64,000 bases of DNA. Source: an uncultured Planctomycetota bacterium. Its GTDB lineage: Bacteria; Planctomycetota; Planctomycetia; Pirellulales; Lacipirellulaceae. Position numbers and translations under genes: made by a program. The notes under the pieces were generated by a model, which ran no database searches, was not told where the DNA came from, and saw only the letters and a program-made list of their open reading frames with translations. Location of the stretch: assembly GCA_963719315.1 (NCBI GenBank), contig CAVRBU010000002.1:1536001-1600000 (forward strand), given 5' to 3'. Every line of letters starts with the position of its first letter. Within the stretch, counting starts at the first letter, position 1. This document shows, one piece after another, positions 21,861 through 30,652 of this stretch.

Positions 21861-23873
21861 TTGAAGTCGTATGTCCAAACGCACGGCCAAATCGCAACTG
21901 CCCGCGCCCTCGCGCGATACATTGCTTGCGCCTCGTCGCCTCTGCCAATGGGTGGGCTGCCCACCTGGGCTGTGGCCGCAGTGTTTGCGTCGCTCATCGG
22001 CGTTGTCTACGGTCCAGCCATCAACGTTCCCTTTATCTTTGACGACGTCGGCGCGATCGTCCAAAACGAATCGATCGTTTCGCTTTGGCCGTTGATCGGT
22101 AGTGCTCACCCTGGGCCGCTGAATCCGCCGCTGGAGCTTCCGACATCTGGGCGGCCGCTCGTAAACTTGTCGTTCGCGATCAACTACCATCTTGGCGGCC
22201 TGAATCCTGCGGGGTACCACGCGTTCAGTTTGTTGCTCCATTTTTTTGCGACCATGCTTCTGTGGGCAATTACGCGGCGAACGCTGCGCTTGCCCTACTT
22301 TGGCGGGCGATTCGATCGATCGGCCGAATGGCTGGCGCTGGCGGTAGCGATCCTCTGGAGCCTGCATCCTCTGCAAACCGAGGCCGTCATCTATGCCACG
22401 CAGCGCACCGAGCTAATGATGGCGGTATTTTATCTCGCCACGCTGTATTGCAGCCTGCGCTATTGGGCTGCCGTCCCGGTCGGTGCGGCCGACAACGCCG
22501 CGAAGATGCTCCAAGCTTCCAATGATCGAGGAACCGTCCGCGCCATGTGGCTCGCGCTCGCGGTGATTGCATGCTCAAGCGGCATGGCCTCCAAGGAAGT
22601 GATGGTCTCCGCGCCTCTGATCGTGCTTCTATACGAGCGCACATTTGTTGCTGGTTCCTTGGCAAATGCGTTGCGACGATCCTGGCCGCTCTACCTCGGC
22701 CTGGCTGCGTCGTGGATGCTGCTCTTGTATCTCAATGTAAGCGCTCCACACCGCGATGCCGCTGGGTTCCACCTTGGCCCGCCTGCTTACGTTTGGTGGT
22801 TCACCCAGTCGAAAGTGCTCTTCATGTATTTGAAGCTGGTCATCTGGCCATGGCCGCTGTTGATTCACTATCACATGCCCTATCTCACGAATTTTGCAGA
22901 AGCCTGGATGTACGTCATCCCTCTGATGCTTCTAGGAATCATCGTGCTTGTGCTGTTGTGGCGGAACACGCCCCTGGGCTTCTTGGGCACTTGGTTTTTC
23001 GCGCTCCTTTCGCCGACCTTTGTAATCCCGATTATCACTGAAATCGCCGCCGAACGACGGATGTATTTGGCGCTCGCTGTTCCCGTCGTGATCTTAGTCG
23101 TTGGCGGATATCGCCTGGCGGATGCCGTATTGCGCCGGCGAATCGCCAGCCCACAGACGGCTTCTCGATTCTCGGCTCCCCTCGCCACGATCGTCGCGCC
23201 GGCCATACTGCTTGCGCTCATCTTTTGTCTCGTCAGCTCGAAGCGGCTCCTAGCTTATGAGAACGAGATGAATCTCTGGTTGGAGGTGATGCGATACCAG
23301 CCGGACGACTACATGGCGCATCAGAGCATTGGCTCATATTTGGAAAAAATGGGCAACAATTCGGCTGCGATCGAGCAATATCGCGAGGCAATTCGCGCTG
23401 ACCCCGATGCATCCCTTGCCCACTACCGCCTCGCGCTTCTGCTGAGCAAGCAGGGCGCACACGCCGAAGCCGCCGACCAGTTTGCCGAAGCCGCGCGCAT
23501 TCTGCCCAAGAATGCGGTCCTCCGCAATAATCTGGCATTCGCACTGTATATAGCCGGTCGTAATGAAGAGGCGATCGAAGCGTTCCACGCGACGCTAGAA
23601 TTAGACCCCAACTATTGGACGGCGCACAAGAATTTAGGCGCCGCCCTACAAAAGGCCGGCAAGTATCAGGAATCAATCGCATCCTTCCAAACGGCGTTGC
23701 GGCTAAACCCCACGGCGATTGATATCTACAATGATTTGGCCAACAGTTACGTTCGCATGAATCAACGCCCAAAAGCGGTCGCGATGCTCGAACAAGGGCT
23801 CGAACTCGCGCGCGCCTCGGGCGATGTCGAAACCGCCAAAAAGTTTGCTGCCGGACTTGATGCGAATCGATAG
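21861..23873 (+). CDS. Multi-TM TMTC-like (GT-C type) protein with C-terminal TPRs
   Basis: FIFDD..I..N; RPL; LHPLQTEAV; SKE; AERRMY; TPR repeats; start uncertain (21861, 21871 with an indel, or 21948). Confidence 0.85.
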   Translation: MKSYVQTHGQIATARALARYIACASSPLPMGGLPTWAVAAVFASLIGVVYGPAINVPFIFDDVGAIVQNESIVSLWPLIGSAHPGPLNPPLELPTSGRPLVNLSFAINYHLGGLNPAGYHAFSLLLHFFATMLLWAITRRTLRLPYFGGRFDRSAEWLALAVAILWSLHPLQTEAVIYATQRTELMMAVFYLATLYCSLRYWAAVPVGAADNAAKMLQASNDRGTVRAMWLALAVIACSSGMASKEVMVSAPLIVLLYERTFVAGSLANALRRSWPLYLGLAASWMLLLYLNVSAPHRDAAGFHLGPPAYVWWFTQSKVLFMYLKLVIWPWPLLIHYHMPYLTNFAEAWMYVIPLMLLGIIVLVLLWRNTPLGFLGTWFFALLSPTFVIPIITEIAAERRMYLALAVPVVILVVGGYRLADAVLRRRIASPQTASRFSAPLATIVAPAILLALIFCLVSSKRLLAYENEMNLWLEVMRYQPDDYMAHQSIGSYLEKMGNNSAAIEQYREAIRADPDASLAHYRLALLLSKQGAHAEAADQFAEAARILPKNAVLRNNLAFALYIAGRNEEAIEAFHATLELDPNYWTAHKNLGAALQKAGKYQESIASFQTALRLNPTAIDIYNDLANSYVRMNQRPKAVAMLEQGLELARASGDVETAKKFAAGLDANR

Positions 23874-23917
23874 ACTCAAGAACTAATAGAAATGTCGGCG
23901 TTCGAGAATGAGGTCTT

Positions 23918-25486
23918 ATGTCACGCGTCCAAATCTACGACACCACACTCCGCGACGGCGCCCAAGGCGAGGGCGTGAACTTCTCCTTGCAGGATAAGTT
24001 GCTCATCGCCCATCGGCTCGATGAATTCGGCTTCGATTTCGTCGAGGGCGGCTACCCACTCTCCAACCCGAAAGACGCCGAGTTCTTCCAGCACATCGCG
24101 GCCGACCCGCTCAGGCACAGCCAGGTGTGTGCGTTCGGCATGACCCGCCGCAAGGGGGTGAAGGCCGTTGATGACCCCGGAATGAAAGCGCTCCTCGAAT
24201 CGCAGGCGCCGGTTATCACAATCGTCGGCAAGACGTCGGACTTCCACGTGACGGAAGTTCTCCGGGTCTCGTTGGACGAGAACCTCGCAATGATCCGCGA
24301 AACGATTGCCTACCTCCGCGAAATGGGGCGCGGCGTGATCTACGACGCCGAACACTTCTTCGACGGCTGGAAAGCGAACCCGGAATACGCCGCGAAAACG
24401 ATTCAAGCCGCCGTCGAGGGCGGCGCGATGCTCGTCGTGATGTGCGACACCAACGGCGGCAGCATGCCCGAGGAAGTCGCAGCTCTCACCAAGGAAGCCG
24501 CCGCAGCCGTCAGCGTGCCACTGGGCATCCACACGCACAACGATTGTGAGTTAGCGGTTGCCAATTCGTTGGCGGCTGTTGGCGCGGGTGCCGTCCACGT
24601 CCAAGGCACGATCAACGGCCTCGGTGAACGTTGCGGCAATGCCGATCTCATCTCCGTCATCGCCAATCTCGCGCTTAAGAAACAAGGCTACGAAGTGCTC
24701 GGCGGCGCCGGCGCCGAACATCTCACCGAGCTTTCGCGCTACGTGTACGAAGTCGCCAACATGCACTTCCGCAACAACCAGCCGTTCGTCGGCCCAAGCG
24801 CCTTCGCCCACAAGGGCGGCATGCACGTGCATGCCGTCAACCGCGCGGCCAGCAGCTACGAGCACATCGCCCCCGAAAGCGTCGGCAACTCCCGCCGCGT
24901 GCTCGTCAGTGAACTCTCCGGCCGGTCGAACATCGTTGCCCTCACAAGCAAATCGAACTTACAGCAAGATAGCGCGCTGATGGAGCGCGTCCTCAAGCAA
25001 GTCGTCGAAATGGAAAACCGCGGCTATCAATTCGAGGCGGCCGAGGCCTCATTTGACCTATTGGTCAAACGGGCCGCCGGCACGTACCGACCCCATTTCG
25101 AACTGCTGCACTATCGAGTCGATGTTGAAACTGATGGCGATGGCCAAACCACGACGGAAGCCACGGTAAAACTCTGCATCGGCGGCGAAGAGCGGCACGA
25201 AGTGGCCGAGGGCGACGGCCCCGTCAACGCCCTGGACGCTGCCCTGCGAAAAGCGCTCAATGGGCAATTCCCGAACCTCCGCGGCCTGCAACTGGTCGAT
25301 TATAAGGTCCGCGTCATCAACAGCGACGCCGGCACGGCAGCCGCCGTCCGCGTCGTCATCGAAAGCCAGGACGAAGACGGCACCACCTGGGGCACCGTCG
25401 GCGTCAACGAAAACGTAATCAAAGCCAGTTGGGATGCGCTGGTGGATAGCATCGAGTATAAACTGTGTAAGGATGGCCGTCCTTAG
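23918..25486 (+). CDS. cimA: Citramalate synthase
   Basis: YDTTLRDGAQGEG; EGGYPLSNPKD; YDAEHFFDG; GERCGNA; HKGGMHV; GDGPVNALD. Confidence 0.93.
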   Translation: MSRVQIYDTTLRDGAQGEGVNFSLQDKLLIAHRLDEFGFDFVEGGYPLSNPKDAEFFQHIAADPLRHSQVCAFGMTRRKGVKAVDDPGMKALLESQAPVITIVGKTSDFHVTEVLRVSLDENLAMIRETIAYLREMGRGVIYDAEHFFDGWKANPEYAAKTIQAAVEGGAMLVVMCDTNGGSMPEEVAALTKEAAAAVSVPLGIHTHNDCELAVANSLAAVGAGAVHVQGTINGLGERCGNADLISVIANLALKKQGYEVLGGAGAEHLTELSRYVYEVANMHFRNNQPFVGPSAFAHKGGMHVHAVNRAASSYEHIAPESVGNSRRVLVSELSGRSNIVALTSKSNLQQDSALMERVLKQVVEMENRGYQFEAAEASFDLLVKRAAGTYRPHFELLHYRVDVETDGDGQTTTEATVKLCIGGEERHEVAEGDGPVNALDAALRKALNGQFPNLRGLQLVDYKVRVINSDAGTAAAVRVVIESQDEDGTTWGTVGVNENVIKASWDALVDSIEYKLCKDGRP

Positions 25487-25590
25487 CGACGCAATTTCAG
25501 ACTTGCGCCAAGAACGCGATCCATCCCATTCAACGTGTAGAAGCGCTCGGTCGTCTTTTCACCAACGTTGCTGTGCCCTAGAATTGAGCC

Positions 25591-25946
25591 ATGCATTACA
25601 CCATTAGGAATATTCCCGATGATCTCGATCGCGCGCTTTGCGCCGGGCGGCAGCGGAGCAAAGAAGCCTCGAAGACATCATCGTCGATTTGTTGGCGAGG
25701 AGCTTGGGCGCTGAACTATCCTCTTCGGCTAGCGAGCGCTTAGATTCAGAGCGCGCGAATAACTGGAAAGAGGACCCAGAATTCAAAGTTGCACTACGAG
25801 ATCAGAACATGATTGATTGGGACGCATGGAGCGACGGCATCCAGCGTCGCGACTTCACCGAAATCGCCGGGAAGCACCTCATAACGCCTGAAATGAGAGA
25901 GGTTTTTGCAGAGCAGCGACGCGTCGATCCTGAGCTCTGGAAATAG
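25591..25946 (+). CDS. FitA/RHH-like antitoxin (frameshift near 25643)
   Basis: MHYTIRNIPDDLDRAL joins RAAAEQRSLEDIIVDLL in another frame; directly upstream of a PIN toxin. Confidence 0.7.
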
Positions 25947-25953
25947 CGGCGTA

Positions 25954-26352
25954 ATGCGAATCCTGATTGACACCAACTGTTTTTCTGAAATCGACGAAGG
26001 CGATTCCAGGACGATTCGCCGCCTGCAGTCCGCAACCGAAGTGTGGGTTCCTTTAATCGTGCTCGGCGAACTGTATGCGGGATTCGAGTTGGGATCACAA
26101 AAGGAGCAGAACGAAAAGCACCTTGAAACTTTTTTGAGCCAACCTTCAGTGGGCGTGTTGCTTCCCAACAATGAAACTGCGCGTCGATATGGCCAGGTTT
26201 TTCAATCGCTCCGTCGGCAAGGCACCCCGATTCTTATTAACGATATCTGGATCGCGGCCCTGGCATTGCAACATGATCTAGTTCTAGACTCCGCGGACAA
26301 ACACTTCGCGTACGTGCAGGGTTTGCTGCTTCTACGTCGTTGGACGATCTGA
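25954..26352 (+). CDS. vapC: VapC family PIN toxin
   Basis: ILIDTN; GEL..G; NDIWIAALALQH; DKHF. Confidence 0.9.
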   Translation: MRILIDTNCFSEIDEGDSRTIRRLQSATEVWVPLIVLGELYAGFELGSQKEQNEKHLETFLSQPSVGVLLPNNETARRYGQVFQSLRRQGTPILINDIWIAALALQHDLVLDSADKHFAYVQGLLLLRRWTI

Positions 26353-26353
26353 A

Positions 26354-29300
26354 ATGGACTTCAAATCCCTCCCCGCCCAATACGATCACGCCGCCGCGCA
26401 GGCCAAGTGGTACTCCTTCTGGGAAGACCTTGGGTACTTCCACGCCAGTGCCGATCCGAACGATGAACGACCCGTCTACACAATCGTCATCCCGCCGCCG
26501 AATGTGACCGGCGCCCTCCACCTCGGCCACGCCCTCAACAACACGCTGCAAGACATCCTGATCCGTATGAAGCGAATGCAGGGCTTCAACACGCTCTGGA
26601 TGCCCGGCACCGACCACGCCGGCATCGCTACGCAAGCCGTTGTCGAGCGGCGGCTGTTCGAGGAAGAAAAGAAAACTCGCCACGATCTCGGCCGCGAAGG
26701 CCTAGTGAAACGCATCTGGGATTGGAAAGACAAATACGAAGCACGCATCCTCGGCCAACTCCGCCAGCTCGGCTGCAGTTGCGACTGGGCACGCACGCGG
26801 TTCACGTTCGACGAGCAGAATTCACGAGCGGTCCGCGAATGGTTTTTCCGCTTGTTCCAAGACGGCAAAATCTACCGCGGCAAACGCCTCGTCAACTGGG
26901 ACACGTTCCTGCAAACCGCCGTCAGCGATGACGAAGTCTTTCACGAACCAACGAAGGGCCAATTCTGGCACTTCAAATACCCGGTCGTGGACCCGCAACC
27001 CGGCGAGCCGACGCACGTCACGATTGCCACGACGCGCCCCGAAACCATGCTCGGCGACACCGCCGTTGCCGTTCACCCCGATCCGGAAAAGGCGCTCGAC
27101 AAAGCCGGCGCCGCGCTCCGCGAAAAACTCTACAGTGCTCCCGCCAAAGATAAGGCCGACATCGAAGCCCAAGTCGAAGTCCTTGGCGTCCGCCGCCAGG
27201 CGGTCCTCCCTGCACTAATCCAATTGCGGAACATGGCAAAGTCCGGCCGCATGCTCGAACTCCCCCTCACCGGACGCACGATCCCCCTCATCACCGACGA
27301 ATGGGCCAAGCCCGAACTCGGCTCCGGCTGCGTGAAGATCACGCCCGCCCACGACGCCAACGATTACGACGTTTGGCAACGCCACCCCGAAATCGGCCTG
27401 CAAAATATCCTCAACAAAGACGGCACGCTCAACGACAGTGTGCCCGAAAAATACCGCGGCCTCACCATGAAGAAGGCCCGCGAAGCCGTAGTCGCCGACA
27501 TGGAAGCGCTCGGCAACCTAGTCGAAGTCGAAGTCCGCGAAATCGACCTCGCCCACTCCGACCGCAGCAAAACGCCCATCGAGCCCTACCTCGCCGACCA
27601 ATGGTTTATGAAGATGGGCGACGACCTCCCTCTCCCTCCAGGAGAGGGCCGGGGTGAGGGTGCCTTGGAAAGACCTTCCGGCAAACTCGGCCTCTCCCAA
27701 CTCGCGATGGACGCCGTCATCGACGGCCGCGTGAAAATCCTGCCCGAACGCTACGCCAAAGGCTACCTCGACTGGCTCAGCGAAAAACGCGACTGGCCAA
27801 TTGGCCGGCAACTCTGGTGGGGACATCAAATACCAGTTTGGACAATGGCTTGTGCCAGCGGAGATCATACTCCAAAACCACTTTCGCATGCGGAAATTGG
27901 CAGATGGTCGAAGGAAGAGGTCAAACTGGGAAAAATCATTGACGAAGGAAAGAAGTCAGGATTGGTTGCAACGAAGCTCGATGGCGATCTTTATATTTGT
28001 CTACGACATGAGAACGAAAATGTCGAACGACAACTAAACTCGATAAGTTTGATCAAGCGCGAGAGCGACGTCCTCGACACTTGGTTCTCCTCCGCTCTCT
28101 GGCCGCAATCCACGCTCGGCTGGCCGGACGAAACGCCTGAGCTCAAAAAATTCTATCCCACGAGCGCGCTCATTACGAGCCGCGAGATCATCACGCTGTG
28201 GGTCGCCCGGATGGTGCTGGCCGGCATCTACAACCGCGGCGAGGTGCCGTTCCACGAAGTCTACATCACACCGAAAATCCTCGACGGCTACGGCGAAACG
28301 ATGTCGAAGTCGAAAGGCAACGGCGTCGACCCGCTCGATGTGATCGACAAGTTCGGCGCCGACGCCCTGCGCTTCGGCGTTGCCCATCTCACGACCGAGA
28401 CACAGGACGTGCGGGTGCCGGTCGAATTCGAGTGCCCCCACTGCCACGCGCTCTTCCCGCAAACGAAAAAGAACCGCCAACAGCCGCGGATCGAATGCGA
28501 AAAATGCGGCCAACCCTTCAGCACCCAATGGGCCGAGAAGCCCGAAGACAAAGCCCTCCCGCGCGGCGCGGTCGTCAGCGAGCGCTTCGAACTGGGCCGC
28601 AACTTCGCCAACAAACTCTGGAACGCCGCCCGCTTTTCATTGATCAACCTTGAGGGCCATAAAGCCGCGACCGCTGGTCGCGGTGAACCCGGAACAGATG
28701 ATCTATTGCTCGAAGACCGTTGGCTCCTCTCCCGTCTCTCCACCGTCACCCATGATGTTACGAAGGCCCTCGAGCACTACCACTACGCCGACGCCGCGAG
28801 AGTGCTATACGACTTCGCCTGGAACGAATTCTGCAGTTTCTACGTGGAAATGACAAAAGCACGTTTTGCAGTACCAGAACAGCGTCAATCTGCCCAGCGC
28901 GTATTAGCTCATGCGCTCGACGTGCTCATGCGTCTCCTGCACCCGATGATGCCGTTCCTTACAGAAGAAGTATGGCAGTTGCTCGCGGAAGTTGTGCCCG
29001 AGCGCGGAATATCTAAACTACGAGCCGCAGAGCCGAGCGTTTGCATCGCCGCGTGGCCTGTTGTTGAATCCAAGCATTTGGATGGAACAATTGAAGAACA
29101 ATTCGCCGATTTCCAAGCTGTCCTCGGCGCCGTCCGGGAAGCCCGACAGCGGCAGAACATCCCGTTCAAAGAAGAACTCAACTTCACGGTCCGCTGCGAC
29201 GGGACCACTGCAAAACTGCTTGAGCCCATGCAGCCCTATTTCGCACAAATGGCCCATGCAATCGCCACGCAAGTCGGCCCCGCGGCCGAACCGCAGGGCG

Positions 29301-29572
29301 TGTCCATCAGCTTCCCCCTCACCAGCCGGCACGGCCCCATCGAAGTCCACGTCGACGTGAGCCGCTTTATCGACGTCACAGTTGAGCGCAAACGCCTCGA
29401 AAAAGACCGTGACAACCTCACGAAGCAAATCGCCTCGATCGACGCCAAGCTCGCCAACAAAGGCTTCGTCGATAAAGCTCCGCCCGAAGTCGTCCAGCAA
29501 CAACACGTCAAGCTGGAAGAGCTACGAGGCCAACTCACGTCCATCGAAGCCGCGCTGAAGAAACTCGGCTAA
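26354..29572 (+). CDS. valS: Valine--tRNA ligase
   Basis: PPPNVTGALHLGH; GTDHAGIATQ; RQLWWGH; DVLDTWFSS; TMSKS; C-terminal coiled coil. Confidence 0.97.
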   Translation: MDFKSLPAQYDHAAAQAKWYSFWEDLGYFHASADPNDERPVYTIVIPPPNVTGALHLGHALNNTLQDILIRMKRMQGFNTLWMPGTDHAGIATQAVVERRLFEEEKKTRHDLGREGLVKRIWDWKDKYEARILGQLRQLGCSCDWARTRFTFDEQNSRAVREWFFRLFQDGKIYRGKRLVNWDTFLQTAVSDDEVFHEPTKGQFWHFKYPVVDPQPGEPTHVTIATTRPETMLGDTAVAVHPDPEKALDKAGAALREKLYSAPAKDKADIEAQVEVLGVRRQAVLPALIQLRNMAKSGRMLELPLTGRTIPLITDEWAKPELGSGCVKITPAHDANDYDVWQRHPEIGLQNILNKDGTLNDSVPEKYRGLTMKKAREAVVADMEALGNLVEVEVREIDLAHSDRSKTPIEPYLADQWFMKMGDDLPLPPGEGRGEGALERPSGKLGLSQLAMDAVIDGRVKILPERYAKGYLDWLSEKRDWPIGRQLWWGHQIPVWTMACASGDHTPKPLSHAEIGRWSKEEVKLGKIIDEGKKSGLVATKLDGDLYICLRHENENVERQLNSISLIKRESDVLDTWFSSALWPQSTLGWPDETPELKKFYPTSALITSREIITLWVARMVLAGIYNRGEVPFHEVYITPKILDGYGETMSKSKGNGVDPLDVIDKFGADALRFGVAHLTTETQDVRVPVEFECPHCHALFPQTKKNRQQPRIECEKCGQPFSTQWAEKPEDKALPRGAVVSERFELGRNFANKLWNAARFSLINLEGHKAATAGRGEPGTDDLLLEDRWLLSRLSTVTHDVTKALEHYHYADAARVLYDFAWNEFCSFYVEMTKARFAVPEQRQSAQRVLAHALDVLMRLLHPMMPFLTEEVWQLLAEVVPERGISKLRAAEPSVCIAAWPVVESKHLDGTIEEQFADFQAVLGAVREARQRQNIPFKEELNFTVRCDGTTAKLLEPMQPYFAQMAHAIATQVGPAAEPQGVSISFPLTSRHGPIEVHVDVSRFIDVTVERKRLEKDRDNLTKQIASIDAKLANKGFVDKAPPEVVQQQHVKLEELRGQLTSIEAALKKLG

Positions 29573-29577
29573 ACCGC

Positions 29578-29655
29578 GTAGGGTGTGTCGAGTCTTCGAG
29601 ACACACCACTTTATGCGCCTACCTTGGTGGGACTCGCCGACTCGACCCACCCTAC
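29578..29655. repeat. GTAG-type REP doublet
   Basis: GTAGGGTGTGTCGAGTC... / ...GACTCGACCCACCCTAC. Confidence 0.75.
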
Positions 29656-29717
29656 GGCTTCTCGCTATAATGCAAGTGTGAGGTCAATCTTTCGGATTGA
29701 ATAAAGGATTCGCCGCC

Positions 29718-30128
29718 ATGCCCGTCGCGATGGAATTGTCTCGAATTATCATCAGCGAAATCAACGAATCGCAGGTGATTTTCTTGAAGGAGATCGACGG
29801 TCCGCGGACGTTTCCGATCCTGATCGGCATCTTCGAGGCCACGAGCATCGACCGCCGCGTGAAAGGCGTCGAGACGCCGCGGCCGCTCACGCACGATCTG
29901 TTGGTCAACGCGGTGGAATCGATCGGCGGCGAATTTCAGGACGTTGTCATTAGCGAGCTCCGCGAGCACACGTACTTCGCCAAGCTCCGCGTGCGGCACG
30001 AGGGCGAGCTCGTGGAAATCGACGCCCGCCCCAGCGACGCCATCGCGGTCGCCGTCACCTGCGACCCGCAGCTCCCGATCTTCGTGTCGGAAGACGTGCT
30101 GAACGACCTAATGGGCGAACAGCAGTAG
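29718..30128 (+). CDS. Bifunctional nuclease family (DUF151)
   Basis: PILIGIFEA; RPLTHDL; IDARPSDAIA. Confidence 0.92.
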   Translation: MPVAMELSRIIISEINESQVIFLKEIDGPRTFPILIGIFEATSIDRRVKGVETPRPLTHDLLVNAVESIGGEFQDVVISELREHTYFAKLRVRHEGELVEIDARPSDAIAVAVTCDPQLPIFVSEDVLNDLMGEQQ

Positions 30129-30130
30129 TT

Positions 30131-30652
30131 GGGGACAGGGGACGGGATACGGGGGGTAGGGGTGTTCGATCCCCATTTGCTAACGATCGCGAAAGACTTT
30201 ACGTCGTAGCGATGCTTGAAGTCCTCGGAGCATGCGCCGCTCGTGTTGCATCGATTCGAGTAATTGGTTGGCGATTGGTTGATCGATGAACGCGAGGCGT
30301 TCCGCGAGTTCGATAAACGTAGTCACTTCCGCGAGCGAACCAATCGCGATAGACAAGTGCCGAAGAAAATCTTTGGTAGACGACCGAGCATGCCCTTCGG
30401 CAATGTTGGCAGGAATTGACGCCGCTGCACGACGCAACTGACTTGTCAGCCCGAACTTCTCGTCCGTTGGAAAGCTTGCCGTGAGACGATAAACATCTTC
30501 GCTCAGCTGCATTCCGAGCTGCCACACCGCGAGGTCACGATAACTGCGAACGGCTCTTTCCGGTGACAATTTGATCTCCCTTTACTTGCGCTAGCGAATC
30601 ATCAAAGACGCTTGCCTTGTCCCCGTCTCCTGTTTCCTGTTCCCTGTTCCCT
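30131..30652. repeat. Inverted heptamer arrays bracketing the four-helix-bundle gene
   Basis: Left GGGGACA GGGGACG GGATACG GGGGGTA (from 30131); right arm 30618-30652 reverse-complements to GGGAACA GGGAACA GGAAACA GGAGACG GGGACA. Confidence 0.75.
30180..30569 (-). CDS. Four-helix-bundle protein (23S rRNA IVP family)
   Basis: SYRDLAVWQ; FPTDEKFGLTSQLRRAAASIPANIAEG; F...AIGSLAE. Confidence 0.92.
   Translation of the reverse strand: MSPERAVRSYRDLAVWQLGMQLSEDVYRLTASFPTDEKFGLTSQLRRAAASIPANIAEGHARSSTKDFLRHLSIAIGSLAEVTTFIELAERLAFIDQPIANQLLESMQHERRMLRGLQASLRRKVFRDR

Noticed and set aside
30180..30569. Diversity-generating retroelement (Avd-like gene)
   Set aside because: No reverse transcriptase or TR/VR pair is seen in the window
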